NCBI GenBank assembly: GCA_963778945.1
Contig: CAVZWL010000023.1
Span: 24,490-88,489 of the forward strand
DNA from: Ignavibacteriota bacterium
GTDB taxonomy: Bacteria > Bacteroidota > Ignavibacteria > UBA10030
Length of the DNA stretch: 64,000 nucleotides
Direction of reading: 5' to 3'
A program made the position numbers and the translations under genes. The notes below the pieces were generated by a model. It did no database searches. It saw only the letters and a program-made list of their open reading frames with translations, and was not told the origin of the DNA. This document shows positions 39,383-50,031 of the stretch, piece after piece. The stretch's first letter is position 1. Every line of letters starts with the position of its first letter.

Positions 39383-39650
39383 TCATTTAGCAAATATCAT
39401 TTTCCGGGTTTCCGTGGACATACCTGCCTGGCAGCCTGCAGAAATAAACGCCGCTTGATACACCGCCTGCGAACCATTCAACTTCGTGATATCCCGATGA
39501 GAAATTACCATTTACGACTGTCGCTATTTCCCGGCCCTGAATGTCGAAAATTTTGAGAGACACTTTTTGATCAGAAGATAAATAGAACTTTATGACCGTC
39601 GATGGATTGAACGGATTTGGATAATTTTGATAGAGTGTGAAATCTTTCGG
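39383..39650 (-). other. T9SS (Por) C-terminal sorting domain of the DUF362 protein
   Basis: LYQNYPNPFNPSTVIKFYLSSDQKVSLKIFDIQGREIATVVNGNFSSGYHEVEWFAGGVSSGVYFCRL... Confidence 0.8.
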
Positions 39651-41389
39651 CACCGTCTGGTTCAATTTCGCAACCGACGTTGGCACGCTTACCTTCACAA
39701 GTTCGATGCCGTTCCCTGTTCCTTTATTTACAGAGTATTGCTTGCTCACAGCGTTATCCCAATGTTCATGAACGCCCAAACTTTGGATATGAACTCCGGT
39801 GCTGTCCGGGTCGTATTTAATGCCGGCAGGCCAATTGAGCGAGTCGGCCGCCTGATGCAGATAATCATCGACGGCGGGCATCTGAACTGATGCATCCTGT
39901 CCGCTCGCGGTGGTGAATTCACTCCTGAGGAAATCGTACCCGACTGATTCGATCGCCACGGGATCCTGAGAAACGAAAATCGACGACATGAATGTGTTGT
40001 TAAACGGAGGCATTTGCCATTTTCGGGGTATATCGAGCTCATATGAAGTTGCCCACAATGCATCCATGATATACAAAAGATTTTTGCCGCTTAAATATTT
40101 ACTTGTCATTAAATCAACTTGTACACGGTACATGCCGTAACTCGGTCTCATCGTAGTATCTGATGTAGCTCCGTATGGACGCACCAAGCCCCAATGAAGA
40201 TGCGAAGCATCTCCGCGTGTCTGAGACCCGAAATTGTCTTTTGCAAACATCGTCATTCCTGCCCGCTGATGGCCTTTTAACATCGGTATGTTCAGTCACA
40301 TACGCTGCTGTATCATAAATTGTATAGAGATAATCGCTTGGAACAGCGACATGCTGAAGTGTATCAGGCGGGGGATTCATACTGTTTGTTTCGCAGGACG
40401 GTGCCCCTGTCCGAGTAATAAATCTTGGCTGTTGTGCTTGCTACGACCTGTTCACGCCCATATGCTGAATAATAACCGTCATGATCCAAATAATGAACAT
40501 TCGGGAACTGACCATGCCATACGTCATAATTATGTTTGTAAATATGCTTCATCGGATCGCCGATATAAATATTGTTTTGAGCTACGCCGACGACATTGAC
40601 AAGCTGCTTTAAAACAGCCAGAACCGTTGCCTCCGATGTTTCAGAAACTCCGTAATAATTATTGTAAACCACGCTCAAGTCGGAATGATACTCACCCCCC
40701 CAGGCGCTTGTCGCATTGACTTTGATAAAAATCTTTTCTCCGGGAGCATAATTGGCCAATCCCTTGCCATGCCTGTTGTTGTAAAACTGGAATATTGCAC
40801 TCCAGGCGGCGCTGTCACTCGTTGTGCCGGAAATACTATGGAGCGCAGATGATAGCATATTGTCGACGACCGGTTGATGCATGTTCTCGCTCATAAACCA
40901 GCCGTGCCCGTCCGCATTCACGACACAATTTTGATTCACAGCAGTAGAATCGTGAGCCCATACAACTCTGCCGGGAAAAATGCCGACACCGGTCCCAATC
41001 GGTTGGTTGGCCGGCTGCACAATCGTTGGAAATTGTACGACACTATCCCTCGTCAATTGATTATTCAGAACAAATGAACCGCTCAGTCCGGCCACAGCAA
41101 ACAGAGCCGTCGCAGCCACTTGACGCTTCCTGGCTCGCATCCAGGCAAATACTGTCAGAGCCGGTATGAGGATATAACCGATAAAAGTCGAAGCAATCGG
41201 CATCGCAACGCGCATACACGGATATGTTATACGGCTTGGCTTGGTAAGGACGCGGAATAATATCCAGAGTATTGCTGCAAGCCCAGTAAAAGGGAACAAT
41301 AATGCTGCAAAATGATTCGGTGTTCTCAAACCGATAACTTTACCGGTCTTCGGACAAGTACGGATATATTTTCGCAAGAATGATTTCAT
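39383..41389 (-). pseudogene. DUF362-domain protein with T9SS C-terminal sorting domain, three frameshifts
   Basis: It is a paralog of 41931..43229 (GIFPGRVVWAHD; MLKGHQRAGMT; KWQMPPFNNTFMSSIFVSQDPVAIESVGYDFL; SLGVHEHWDN...GNGIEL). Frame switches are at about 40364..40380 (G5/C5 run), about 40290..40300 and about 39426..39434. Removing one C at the last site restores the canonical CTD end FCRLQAGMSTETRKMIFAK*. An alternative start is MRARKRQVAATALFAVAGLSG at 41140. Confidence 0.7.
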
Positions 41390-41930
41390 AATATTTTCTT
41401 TCTTTTTCGTCGTTTTTGTTCTTCCCTCCCCCCCGAATACGCCTTCGTATGATAGGATAGTATTTTTTCATTATCAAGCACCGACGGCATGAATGAGAAT
41501 AAATGTTTCAGATGAGGGAGCACAATGAATATGATTCGTTCCCGTTCATTTTATATTCGCAGCACTCCAGCACATTCGTGTTGGGTCATTGATCCATGAT
41601 GCATTCATCCATAGAAACGTGGACGAGAACTCATGAGTTGAAAATAGATGTCGCGAATCCGTCTTAGAATGAGATACGAATTCCCACGGAACCAACTTTT
41701 CGTCCACGTCTCTAGTAGTATTGTAGAGGGAGATGTTCTCAATCGACATTGAGATCGTGTAATGAGATAAATTCATAGAAAGAGTGTTGTATTTTTATAC
41801 ATTCGTTTATAAATCGTATTGAGGCTGTTTTTTTTAAGAAAATAGGTTTTATATTGAGAGAAGTTTCTGAATATCTTCAGACAGTTCATTTTTCATATAA
41901 TTTTTTCGAGTATCAACCCGGGAGTACATC

Positions 41931-43229
41931 ATGAGAACAAAGTATAGAATATTCGCGATTTTCTTTTTGTGCACAATGTCTCTTTCAGGCCGGATAGAAA
42001 AATTAGTGCATGCGCAAACAAATGCTGCAATGATTTTGGCCCCCAATAAGCCCGTCGGCACTGCAAGAGGAATTTTCCCCGGCAGAGTTGTATGGATTCA
42101 CGACACTCTGGCCGCACAATGGGATGGTGTGAACGGATATTGGTGGGACGACAAATACACTTCTCAGATAGAAGTAACGAAAATGCTTGCTGCTTCACTC
42201 GAGTCTCTCACCGGCGAGACACAGGAAGATAAAGCATGGGATAAGCTGTTCAGGTATTTTAATACAACGAAAAAAAATATTGACAGAGGATTCAACAAAG
42301 ACGAGAAGATTGCCGTAAAAATAAATGAGAACAATACAGGCGCACATGCAGACAACAACAACATTAATGCTTCGCCTCAACTCGTTTATGCGCTTTTGCA
42401 CAGTTTGATTCGTACGGCCAATGTTTCGCAGAAGAATATTACGGTCTTCGATGCAAGCCGCTTCGTTACCGATAATATTTTTAAGAAGTGTCATTCCGAC
42501 TTCCCTGATGTCGTATTTGTGGACAATGCGGGAGGCGATGGCAGGGTAAAGACAGAATATGTGGAAAATGCCATTCCTTACTCGGTCGACAACGGAAAAC
42601 TTGCCCGCGGGCTGGCAAAGTGCGTTGTAGATGCCGATTATGTCATCAATATGGCGCTTCTAAAAGGCCACGTCGGACAGGGCGTTACTCTCTGCGGTAA
42701 AAATTATTATGGAGCCACAAGCATCGATAAAGACTATCGGAAAAATGCTCACGATAATTTCAGTCAGGATAAAGACGGCAAACCTAAATACATGACATTT
42801 GTCGATTATCTCGGTCATAAAGATCTGGGCGAAAAAACCATGCTGTTCATGATCGACGGACTGTACGGCTCAAAAGATGTGAATGGAATACCGGCTCCGA
42901 AATGGAAAATGGCTCCGTTTAACAATAACTGGCCCGGAAGTTTATTCACATCCCAGGATGGCGTGGCAATAGATGCAGTAGGACTCGACTTTTTAAGTTC
43001 CGAATGGCCCGGCATGATAGATATTGCGTATGCGGACAGTTACCTTATTGAAGCCGCAATGGCCGACAATCCCCCGTCAAAAACTTTTTACGATCCGGAA
43101 AGAGATAATATTCGATGCAAAAGTCTGGGTGTGATGGAACACTGGAATAACCAGCAGGAAAAAAAATATAGCCGGAATCTCGGCAAACAAACCGGAATTG
43201 AGCTGCTCTATCAAGCTGTCACTCATTGA
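41931..43229 (+). CDS. Secreted DUF362-domain protein
   Basis: A signal peptide is present. The DUF362-type motif is NMALLKGHVGQGVTLCGKNYYG (the K.H...G.T...KN..G pattern). The rest matches the paralog at 39383..41389. Confidence 0.65.
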   Translation: MRTKYRIFAIFFLCTMSLSGRIEKLVHAQTNAAMILAPNKPVGTARGIFPGRVVWIHDTLAAQWDGVNGYWWDDKYTSQIEVTKMLAASLESLTGETQEDKAWDKLFRYFNTTKKNIDRGFNKDEKIAVKINENNTGAHADNNNINASPQLVYALLHSLIRTANVSQKNITVFDASRFVTDNIFKKCHSDFPDVVFVDNAGGDGRVKTEYVENAIPYSVDNGKLARGLAKCVVDADYVINMALLKGHVGQGVTLCGKNYYGATSIDKDYRKNAHDNFSQDKDGKPKYMTFVDYLGHKDLGEKTMLFMIDGLYGSKDVNGIPAPKWKMAPFNNNWPGSLFTSQDGVAIDAVGLDFLSSEWPGMIDIAYADSYLIEAAMADNPPSKTFYDPERDNIRCKSLGVMEHWNNQQEKKYSRNLGKQTGIELLYQAVTH

Positions 43230-43354
43230 TTAAACGACAGCGCTCTTACGGAACAGATGAAGCAATTTATTGATATTTTTACGCTTCAGTTTACGATGTA
43301 TCCCTCCGGCATGGGTGTTCTTAAACTGCATGTCATTCGAATAATCGCAACCCT

Positions 43355-45649
43355 ATGACTTATAAATTCAATTCTACGGCAGTATGGATACTCTGTTTGA
43401 TAACAAAAGTCTTCACATTATATTCGTTTGCCGGAGATCATTCGAACGGATCGGATATTCAATATCGATGGGTGAGTTCTGAATTTGGCGGCGGCGGGTA
43501 CGTTACCGGCATACTGCAGCATCCCGAACATTCGAATATTATATATATAAGAACCGATGTCGCCGGTGTTTTTAAAAGTGTCGACGGCGGCAAAAGCTGG
43601 ATAGCCGTCAACAATGGAATGACCGAAGGATATCACCACAATGTAGAGTCTTTTGCTCTCAGCGCCCTCAACCCGAATGTTTTGTTCCGTGCTTCAGGCG
43701 AAGCCCGCGGTCATGAAATGGTGTCTGCTCTTCATAAAACGAGCGATGGAGGGGCGACCTGGAAACTCGTAACAAACAAACCGGACTTTTTTGGAAACGG
43801 GGCGACGAGATTTTACGGAGAGAAAATCGGCGTCGATCCGTTCGACCCTCATTTTATTGCAGCAGCAAGCAACACGAGAGGAATCTGGATAAGTCATGAT
43901 GAAGGCGAAACGTGGAAATACGCCGGGCTTCAAGGCGAACCTTTCTGCTGCTTAGGATTTCATCCGTATATAAAAAACCTGGTCTACGCAGCAACGCTTG
44001 ATTCTTTGCCGTTTGCTGCATATTTGCACCCGGACGGTTCCTACAAGCGGGAAAAGATCGGCAGGCTCTACCGGTCCACGGATAAAGGCAGAACATGGGA
44101 CACTCTCTTCGAGAAAAGAGGAGTGAGTTTTACCAATCTGGCATTCGACAAGGATAATCCGGATGTGATTCTTGCTGCATTCCGCAACGATGGAATCTAT
44201 AAATCCACCGACGGCGGAAGAACATTTATAAAAAAAACCGCCTCTTTTGCAATGTCCGATTTTTCGGCTTTCTCTTCCGATCCGAATAACAGTTCTGTGT
44301 TTTATACGGCCATCTGCCAGGGCCCATCGCCGAATAACTATGCCGATGTTCCAATTTGCGTATCGAAGGACAAGGGTGAAACATGGCAAATCATTAAAAG
44401 GAATTATCAATGGAGCGACTTTAAGAATTTTGCACCGCAGTACCAGCGTCCCGAACAAATCGGCTGGGCGCTTTCAAAATTCGCCGTCGACAATAAAAAT
44501 CCGAAAAAATTCTATCTGATGGATTGGTTCGGAATCTGCGTGAGCGAGGATTCGTGCCAAACATGGGACGCTCATAAGTTTAAAGGAATAGAAAACATTT
44601 GTCTCGAGATGGTCGCTGCCGATCCCGCTGTGCCGGGGAAAGTCATGTTTGCAGGCGCGGACGGTCAGCCGTGCCTCAGCATCGACGGAGGCAAATCGTA
44701 TACGTCTTTTCCCGCATTGGATGCAGAACAAAACTATTATTGCAGTACTGTCATTTGTCCGTCGCAATTTAAAACCGGCCTTAAGGTTTACGGCGTGACC
44801 AATAGTTCGGAGCGTCTGAGCGCAATTTGCAGGACAGAGGATGACGGCAAACACTGTAAAATTGTTGTACATCTGAAAAAAGGATTATTTGTCCAGGCGA
44901 TAAAGGAAGATCCTTTCACAGAAGGTGTATTTTTTGCCTACATAGACGGAGCGATCGATGACGGCGCAGGTCTGTATCGATCCGCCGATTGGGGCAGAAC
45001 CTGGAAAAAGATGGAACTTCCTCTGCTCGACAACTTGAAGACCTTGCCTGTCAGAAAGGATTTTATCGAAAGTGAACTGCTGGCTGTGACGGCTTATCAG
45101 GTAAAAAATATTTGCGGCACAAATCAATTGCTATGCATCGATCCGACCCGTAAAAAAACGATTTACTTCGGTGAAGCCGACAAAGGTATTTTTACAACAT
45201 ACGACGGCGGGAAATCTTGGCAAACTTTGGGCAAAGGCCTGCCTTTTGGAAAAGATACTTCGTCAATCCTCAACGCCATCAAAGCGGACCCGAAAAGGCC
45301 GGGCTGGCTTTATGCCGGGTTCATTCATGAGGGATTGTGGCGCAGCAAGGATTACGGGAAATCCTGGCAGAAACTTTTCCCATCGGATCATCGCATTTTT
45401 AATGCGACTGCCGTTGCAGTCGGCGGTCCATCCGGCAATGAAGTTTACGTGGCAAGTGAACCGCTCTACTGGTCAAAATCGGAATCTGCCGTCTATGCCA
45501 GTTTTGACAACGGTCAGTCATGGACAAATATTTACGATAAAACACTCGGTGCGCTTCGATGGAAAGGTATCGATGTTGACAATATAACCGGCGTTCTTTA
45601 CGGTGTTACCAACGGCAATTCCGCCTTTTATGCCGAGAGAATCAAATAA
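43355..45649 (+). CDS. BNR/Asp-box repeat beta-propeller protein (GH74/sortilin-like)
   Basis: There are 11 Asp-box motifs of form S/TxDxGxT/SW: SVDGGKSW, TSDGGATW, SHDEGETW, STDKGRTW, STDGGRTF, SKDKGETW, SIDGGKSY, SADWGRTW, TYDGGKSW, SKDYGKSW and SFDNGQSW. Confidence 0.75.
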   Translation: MTYKFNSTAVWILCLITKVFTLYSFAGDHSNGSDIQYRWVSSEFGGGGYVTGILQHPEHSNIIYIRTDVAGVFKSVDGGKSWIAVNNGMTEGYHHNVESFALSALNPNVLFRASGEARGHEMVSALHKTSDGGATWKLVTNKPDFFGNGATRFYGEKIGVDPFDPHFIAAASNTRGIWISHDEGETWKYAGLQGEPFCCLGFHPYIKNLVYAATLDSLPFAAYLHPDGSYKREKIGRLYRSTDKGRTWDTLFEKRGVSFTNLAFDKDNPDVILAAFRNDGIYKSTDGGRTFIKKTASFAMSDFSAFSSDPNNSSVFYTAICQGPSPNNYADVPICVSKDKGETWQIIKRNYQWSDFKNFAPQYQRPEQIGWALSKFAVDNKNPKKFYLMDWFGICVSEDSCQTWDAHKFKGIENICLEMVAADPAVPGKVMFAGADGQPCLSIDGGKSYTSFPALDAEQNYYCSTVICPSQFKTGLKVYGVTNSSERLSAICRTEDDGKHCKIVVHLKKGLFVQAIKEDPFTEGVFFAYIDGAIDDGAGLYRSADWGRTWKKMELPLLDNLKTLPVRKDFIESELLAVTAYQVKNICGTNQLLCIDPTRKKTIYFGEADKGIFTTYDGGKSWQTLGKGLPFGKDTSSILNAIKADPKRPGWLYAGFIHEGLWRSKDYGKSWQKLFPSDHRIFNATAVAVGGPSGNEVYVASEPLYWSKSESAVYASFDNGQSWTNIYDKTLGALRWKGIDVDNITGVLYGVTNGNSAFYAERIK

Positions 45650-45671
45650 GGACAGGAGCATTTTCGCTGTT

Positions 45672-45692
45672 CAAATGAATACGATTCATTTG
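45672..45692 (+). terminator. Candidate terminator hairpin after the BNR gene
   Basis: caaatgaat-acg-attcatttg is a 9-bp AT-rich stem followed by the T-rich tgattattctt. It is weak. Confidence 0.3.
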
Positions 45693-45770
45693 TGATTATT
45701 CTTGCGCCCCTGGCATTATGAAGAGTTTTGATTCATAAAGAGAAGGAACGGTACATGAACCGAGGCAGCT

Positions 45771-47174
45771 ATGAAAAATAATTTCACTCCTGTTGTATTT
45801 TTGTTTTTGGCGTTGAGCACAGTGCAGGCGAAAACCTTCAACGATACTGCTTCCGATGTCGTTGTGTATCCTGCTCTCCCGGGTTTAACTGCGAGCGACA
45901 TCTATTCGGTCAAGGCAAATAATCGGAAAATTTGGACGGAAAAATTCCGGACATCCATGGATACCGGCAAGTTCCCGGATTGGTTTCGAGAACCCTCGAC
46001 CGAGGTGCAGCAAGAGATACATCAAGCCAGTTTTTCGTGCAATGGTAAAGTACAGATTTCCATCCGCGTTCCTCATGTCATTCAAAATGCTACCATACAC
46101 CCGCTCAGCCGGGGAATCCAAACACATGTGAGCGGAAATGTCCTGACCTTTTCGCTTTCCGGACCCGATAAGATATATATACAAATCGACAGCCTTCCTC
46201 CTCTCTTTGTCTTTGCCGACCCTCTTGAGCACGAAGATGTTTCTCCGAATGATCCGGGCGTTCATTATTTCGGACCCGGTATTCACCGGCCTGGATTTAT
46301 CGCGCTCAAGGATAATGAAACAGTGTATATAGCAGCAGGAGCAATTGTCTACGGAGGTATTCGAGCGAACGGGGTTCATCATATCCGCGTTCTCGGCCGC
46401 GGCATTCTCGATGGCGGTTTTGAATTCAAACAGATGGTGCTGGCCGAAAATTGCAAAGATGTCCTTTTTGAAGGCGTTATGATTCGCAACGGAGACGGAT
46501 GGACTAATACACTTATTCATTGCGACGGTCTGCGCTATGATAACGTAAAGGTGCTCAGCTTCGGTCCCGGCGGGGATGGAATCGACCCTCTGGGTTCAAG
46601 AAACATAGTTATCTCCGGCTGTTTCTTGCGCTGTACGGACGATTGTATCGCTGTCAAAGCTCCGGCACCGGATCAAGCCGTTCACAATGTAGTGATTGCA
46701 GATAATACGATGATCGGCTTTGCCTTTAGCGACGGGGTAACGATTGGTTTTGAAACCAATGCCCCATCCATCAGCGATGTAACCGTACGCAATTGCGACG
46801 TTATACTCGCTCGCGGAGGCAGCCGCGTAGAGGGTCACAGCGGCTTCAGCATTATTTGCGACGGCCCGGCTGTTATCAGCAATATTCTTTTTGAAAACAT
46901 TCGTGTCGAAAAATCCGAAGTAAAGCTGTTCGAACTGCATATAACCGACGGCACCAAATACGGCACCGGTCCTCCCGGACACATCAGCAACATCACATTG
47001 AAAAATATTTCATGGGCTCATGAAGGCCCCATCGTTCTCAAAGGATTTGATGAAAACCACCGGGTGCAGACGGTAACATTTGACCGCTGCACGGTAGCGG
47101 GCAAGCCGCTCCGTGATCTCAAAACTTCAGTCATGCAGATCGGCAATTTTGTCGATGATGTTGAAGTGAAATAA
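45771..47174 (+). CDS. Right-handed beta-helix glycoside hydrolase, GH28-like
   Basis: A signal peptide is present. GGDGIDPLGSRNIVISGCFLRCTDDCIAVKA resembles the GH28 catalytic G-DGID...DDCIA-K block. Repetitive beta-helix coils are present. Confidence 0.65.
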   Translation: MKNNFTPVVFLFLALSTVQAKTFNDTASDVVVYPALPGLTASDIYSVKANNRKIWTEKFRTSMDTGKFPDWFREPSTEVQQEIHQASFSCNGKVQISIRVPHVIQNATIHPLSRGIQTHVSGNVLTFSLSGPDKIYIQIDSLPPLFVFADPLEHEDVSPNDPGVHYFGPGIHRPGFIALKDNETVYIAAGAIVYGGIRANGVHHIRVLGRGILDGGFEFKQMVLAENCKDVLFEGVMIRNGDGWTNTLIHCDGLRYDNVKVLSFGPGGDGIDPLGSRNIVISGCFLRCTDDCIAVKAPAPDQAVHNVVIADNTMIGFAFSDGVTIGFETNAPSISDVTVRNCDVILARGGSRVEGHSGFSIICDGPAVISNILFENIRVEKSEVKLFELHITDGTKYGTGPPGHISNITLKNISWAHEGPIVLKGFDENHRVQTVTFDRCTVAGKPLRDLKTSVMQIGNFVDDVEVK

Positions 47175-47197
47175 TTTTTTTCCCAATAATCGATGCC

Positions 47198-49996
47198 ATG
47201 AACTATCCGATAGTGCGATTTTCAGTTCTCTGCTGTTTACTCGCCGCGTACCATGGCGGTCTATTTTGCAGATCGTCAGCATCATCAAATGTGACGGTCA
47301 ACAATCCGAGAACGGAATTAAAAACAAACCCGATAGGTATCGATATTCCTAATCCCAGGTTAAGCTGGGAATTACAATCAGATGAAAGAGGCGTGTTCCA
47401 AACAGCTTACGAGATAGCTGTGAGCGATAATCAAAAAGACTTAGAGAGCAACACCGGAAACGTATGGCAGACCGGGAAGGTCAATTCTCACTCATCATAC
47501 GGAATCGTCTTCGCCGGCAGACCTTTAAAGTCATTTCTCCGGTATTTTTGGAAAGTACGAATCTGGGACGGGCAAGGCCAGTCAAGCAAATGGAGTTCTG
47601 TCGGCTGGTTCGAGACCGCTATGATGAACAGATCCGACTGGGAGGCACGCTGGATCGGCAGTCCCAGTCCCCTTCCCGTTCACGAAGAAGATTTTTATAA
47701 AACAAATCCTGCCCCGCTGCTTCGCAAGGAATTTAATTTTCAAAAAAAGGCGTCATCCGCCCGTTTATATATTTCCGGATTAGGATACTATGAGGCCCGC
47801 CTCAATGGTGAAAAAATAGGAGATGCCGTACTTGACCCCGGTTGGACGCAGTACGACAGGCAAGTATTATACTCCACATACGACGTGACTCGCCAAATTC
47901 AAAAAGGAATAAATACGCTTGGTATCATTCTGGGAAATGGCTGGTATAATCCTTTGCCTCTGAACATTTTTGGATTCAACCTGAGAAATACGCTTACTAT
48001 CGGCAAACCATGTGTGAAGGCGCAGCTGCGAATTGTATTCAGCGATGGGAGTATCAAAACTTTCGGAACCGATTCCACATGGAAAACCTGCGATGGACCA
48101 ATCCTTAAAAACAATGTCTACACCGGCGAGATGTATGATGCGAGAATGGAGCAGGAGAATTGGGATAAGTCCGGTTTTTCCGACACCGAATGGACTCCCT
48201 GCAGCGTCCTTCCCGGTCCGTACGGCATGCTCTCCGCCCAAATACAGCCTCCCATCAGGATTACACGTGTGCTGAAAGCGAAAAATATTTACGAATTAAA
48301 GCCCGGCACTTTTATTGTCGACTTCGGGCAGAATTTTGCAGGTACGGTAAGACTCAGAGTCCAGGGTGCGGCCGGAACAGTCGTTACAATCCGCTGCGGG
48401 GAAGATATTCATACCGACGGTTCTTTGAATTACTTCACAAATCTGGTCGCGCAGCTCAAGGATATTTGGAATGCCAATCCCGGAAAGGGCGCTCCCAGAC
48501 CTCCGGTCAGCACACTTACGTATATCCTAAAAGGGAATGGCAGGGAAGTGTATACGCCGCGATTTACTTTCCACTCATTTCGATACGTTGAACTGACCGG
48601 ATTTCCTGGAAGACCGGATTCGAATACGCTCGAAGGATTACGGATGAATGCCGATCTGAAGGAAAATGGAAGCTTTGAATGTTCAAATGAAATGTTTAAC
48701 GAGGTTCAAAAGATGGTGCAATGGACTTTTTTAAGCAATGTCTTTAGCATCCAAAGCGATTGTCCCGGACGGGAAAAATTCGGCTATGGAGCGGATATTG
48801 TCACAACCGCTGAAGCTTTTTGTTACAATTTCGATATGAGCAATTTTTACAGAAAAACGATTCAAGATTTCGTTAATGATGTCCGGCCCAACGGAGGAAT
48901 GCCGGAGATCGCGCCGTCGATCGGAATTGCGAACGAGAGTATGGGAGGCAAAACAGGTTCTCCGGGCTGGCAGCTGGCCTTCCCATTCGGTCTCAAAGTG
49001 CTGTACGATTATTACGGCGATAGAGAAATTGTGGAGAAATATTACGATGTCCTAAAAAAACAAGTTGAGTTCATGGACTCTGTAACTCCGGACCATATAG
49101 TGGAACGAGACATCAGCGATCATGAAAGCATCGATCCCAAGCCAATTGCTCTCTCAGCAACGGCCTTTTATTATGACCATGTGAAAATCCTGTCTGAATT
49201 CGCACACCTTCTCAATAAATCCGAAGATGCGGATAAATTTGACAGGATGGCCGGTGAGATCAAGTCCGCATTTTTGAATAAATTTCTAAGACAGGGAACC
49301 GGAATATTCGATTCCGGAACGCAGGCCGCACAGCTTATTCCCCTTTATTATGATTTAGTCCCGGATAGCGAAAAGAATGCTGCGATGAATCATCTTTTGC
49401 TGGAGATTTACGGCAGGCATAAAGGGCATCTTTCAACGGGTATTTTCGGCACCAAATTTTTATTTGAAGTATTCCGCCGGGAGAACCGCAGCGATGTATC
49501 ATACTCCGTTGCCAATCAGCGCAATTATCCCGGGTATGCAAATATGCTGGCACATGGCGCGACGACTCTTTATGAGAGCTGGAAATATCCCGATACGGTG
49601 AATTCACAGAATCATCCTATGTTCGGCTCCATTTCGGAATGGTTTTTTAAATCTATTCTCGGCATCAATGCTGCGGCTCCCGGATTCTCCCGGTTTGAGA
49701 TTAAACCCCAGCCGGCCGGCGACCTCACATGGGCTAAAGGACATTACGATGCTCTCGCAGGTACGATACGCTGTAATTGGGAAATTGTCGGAACACGTTT
49801 CACTTTACACGCGACTGTTCCGGCAAATACAAACGCGACGATTTACGTTCCGTCGCTCCCGAACGAACAAATAATGGAAAACGGAAAGCCCGCCGTAAAA
49901 TCCACAGGGTTGAAATTCAAAGAATACAAAGACAATTATGCAGTTTTCGAAGCCCTATCGGGAAATTATTTCTTTGAGTCTGTCTGCCAAAAATGA
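47198..49996 (+). CDS. Alpha-L-rhamnosidase, glycoside hydrolase family 78
   Basis: 932 aa. The N-terminal NPRLSWEL is the typical GH78 start of domain N. A concanavalin-like domain is present. The (alpha/alpha)6 catalytic block includes SDCPGREKFGYGAD. Confidence 0.82.
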   Translation: MNYPIVRFSVLCCLLAAYHGGLFCRSSASSNVTVNNPRTELKTNPIGIDIPNPRLSWELQSDERGVFQTAYEIAVSDNQKDLESNTGNVWQTGKVNSHSSYGIVFAGRPLKSFLRYFWKVRIWDGQGQSSKWSSVGWFETAMMNRSDWEARWIGSPSPLPVHEEDFYKTNPAPLLRKEFNFQKKASSARLYISGLGYYEARLNGEKIGDAVLDPGWTQYDRQVLYSTYDVTRQIQKGINTLGIILGNGWYNPLPLNIFGFNLRNTLTIGKPCVKAQLRIVFSDGSIKTFGTDSTWKTCDGPILKNNVYTGEMYDARMEQENWDKSGFSDTEWTPCSVLPGPYGMLSAQIQPPIRITRVLKAKNIYELKPGTFIVDFGQNFAGTVRLRVQGAAGTVVTIRCGEDIHTDGSLNYFTNLVAQLKDIWNANPGKGAPRPPVSTLTYILKGNGREVYTPRFTFHSFRYVELTGFPGRPDSNTLEGLRMNADLKENGSFECSNEMFNEVQKMVQWTFLSNVFSIQSDCPGREKFGYGADIVTTAEAFCYNFDMSNFYRKTIQDFVNDVRPNGGMPEIAPSIGIANESMGGKTGSPGWQLAFPFGLKVLYDYYGDREIVEKYYDVLKKQVEFMDSVTPDHIVERDISDHESIDPKPIALSATAFYYDHVKILSEFAHLLNKSEDADKFDRMAGEIKSAFLNKFLRQGTGIFDSGTQAAQLIPLYYDLVPDSEKNAAMNHLLLEIYGRHKGHLSTGIFGTKFLFEVFRRENRSDVSYSVANQRNYPGYANMLAHGATTLYESWKYPDTVNSQNHPMFGSISEWFFKSILGINAAAPGFSRFEIKPQPAGDLTWAKGHYDALAGTIRCNWEIVGTRFTLHATVPANTNATIYVPSLPNEQIMENGKPAVKSTGLKFKEYKDNYAVFEALSGNYFFESVCQK

Positions 49997-50031
49997 AAAT
50001 GTCCGCTGTAACTTTTTGAAGGGCGTATCCT

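Noticed and set aside
38973-39458. A 161-aa Arg-rich ORF spans the MFS/DUF362 gap and runs into the DUF362 T9SS domain on the opposite strand.
   Set aside because: Its extreme Arg/Leu/Phe composition and its overlap with the CTD-coding region indicate a spurious frame.
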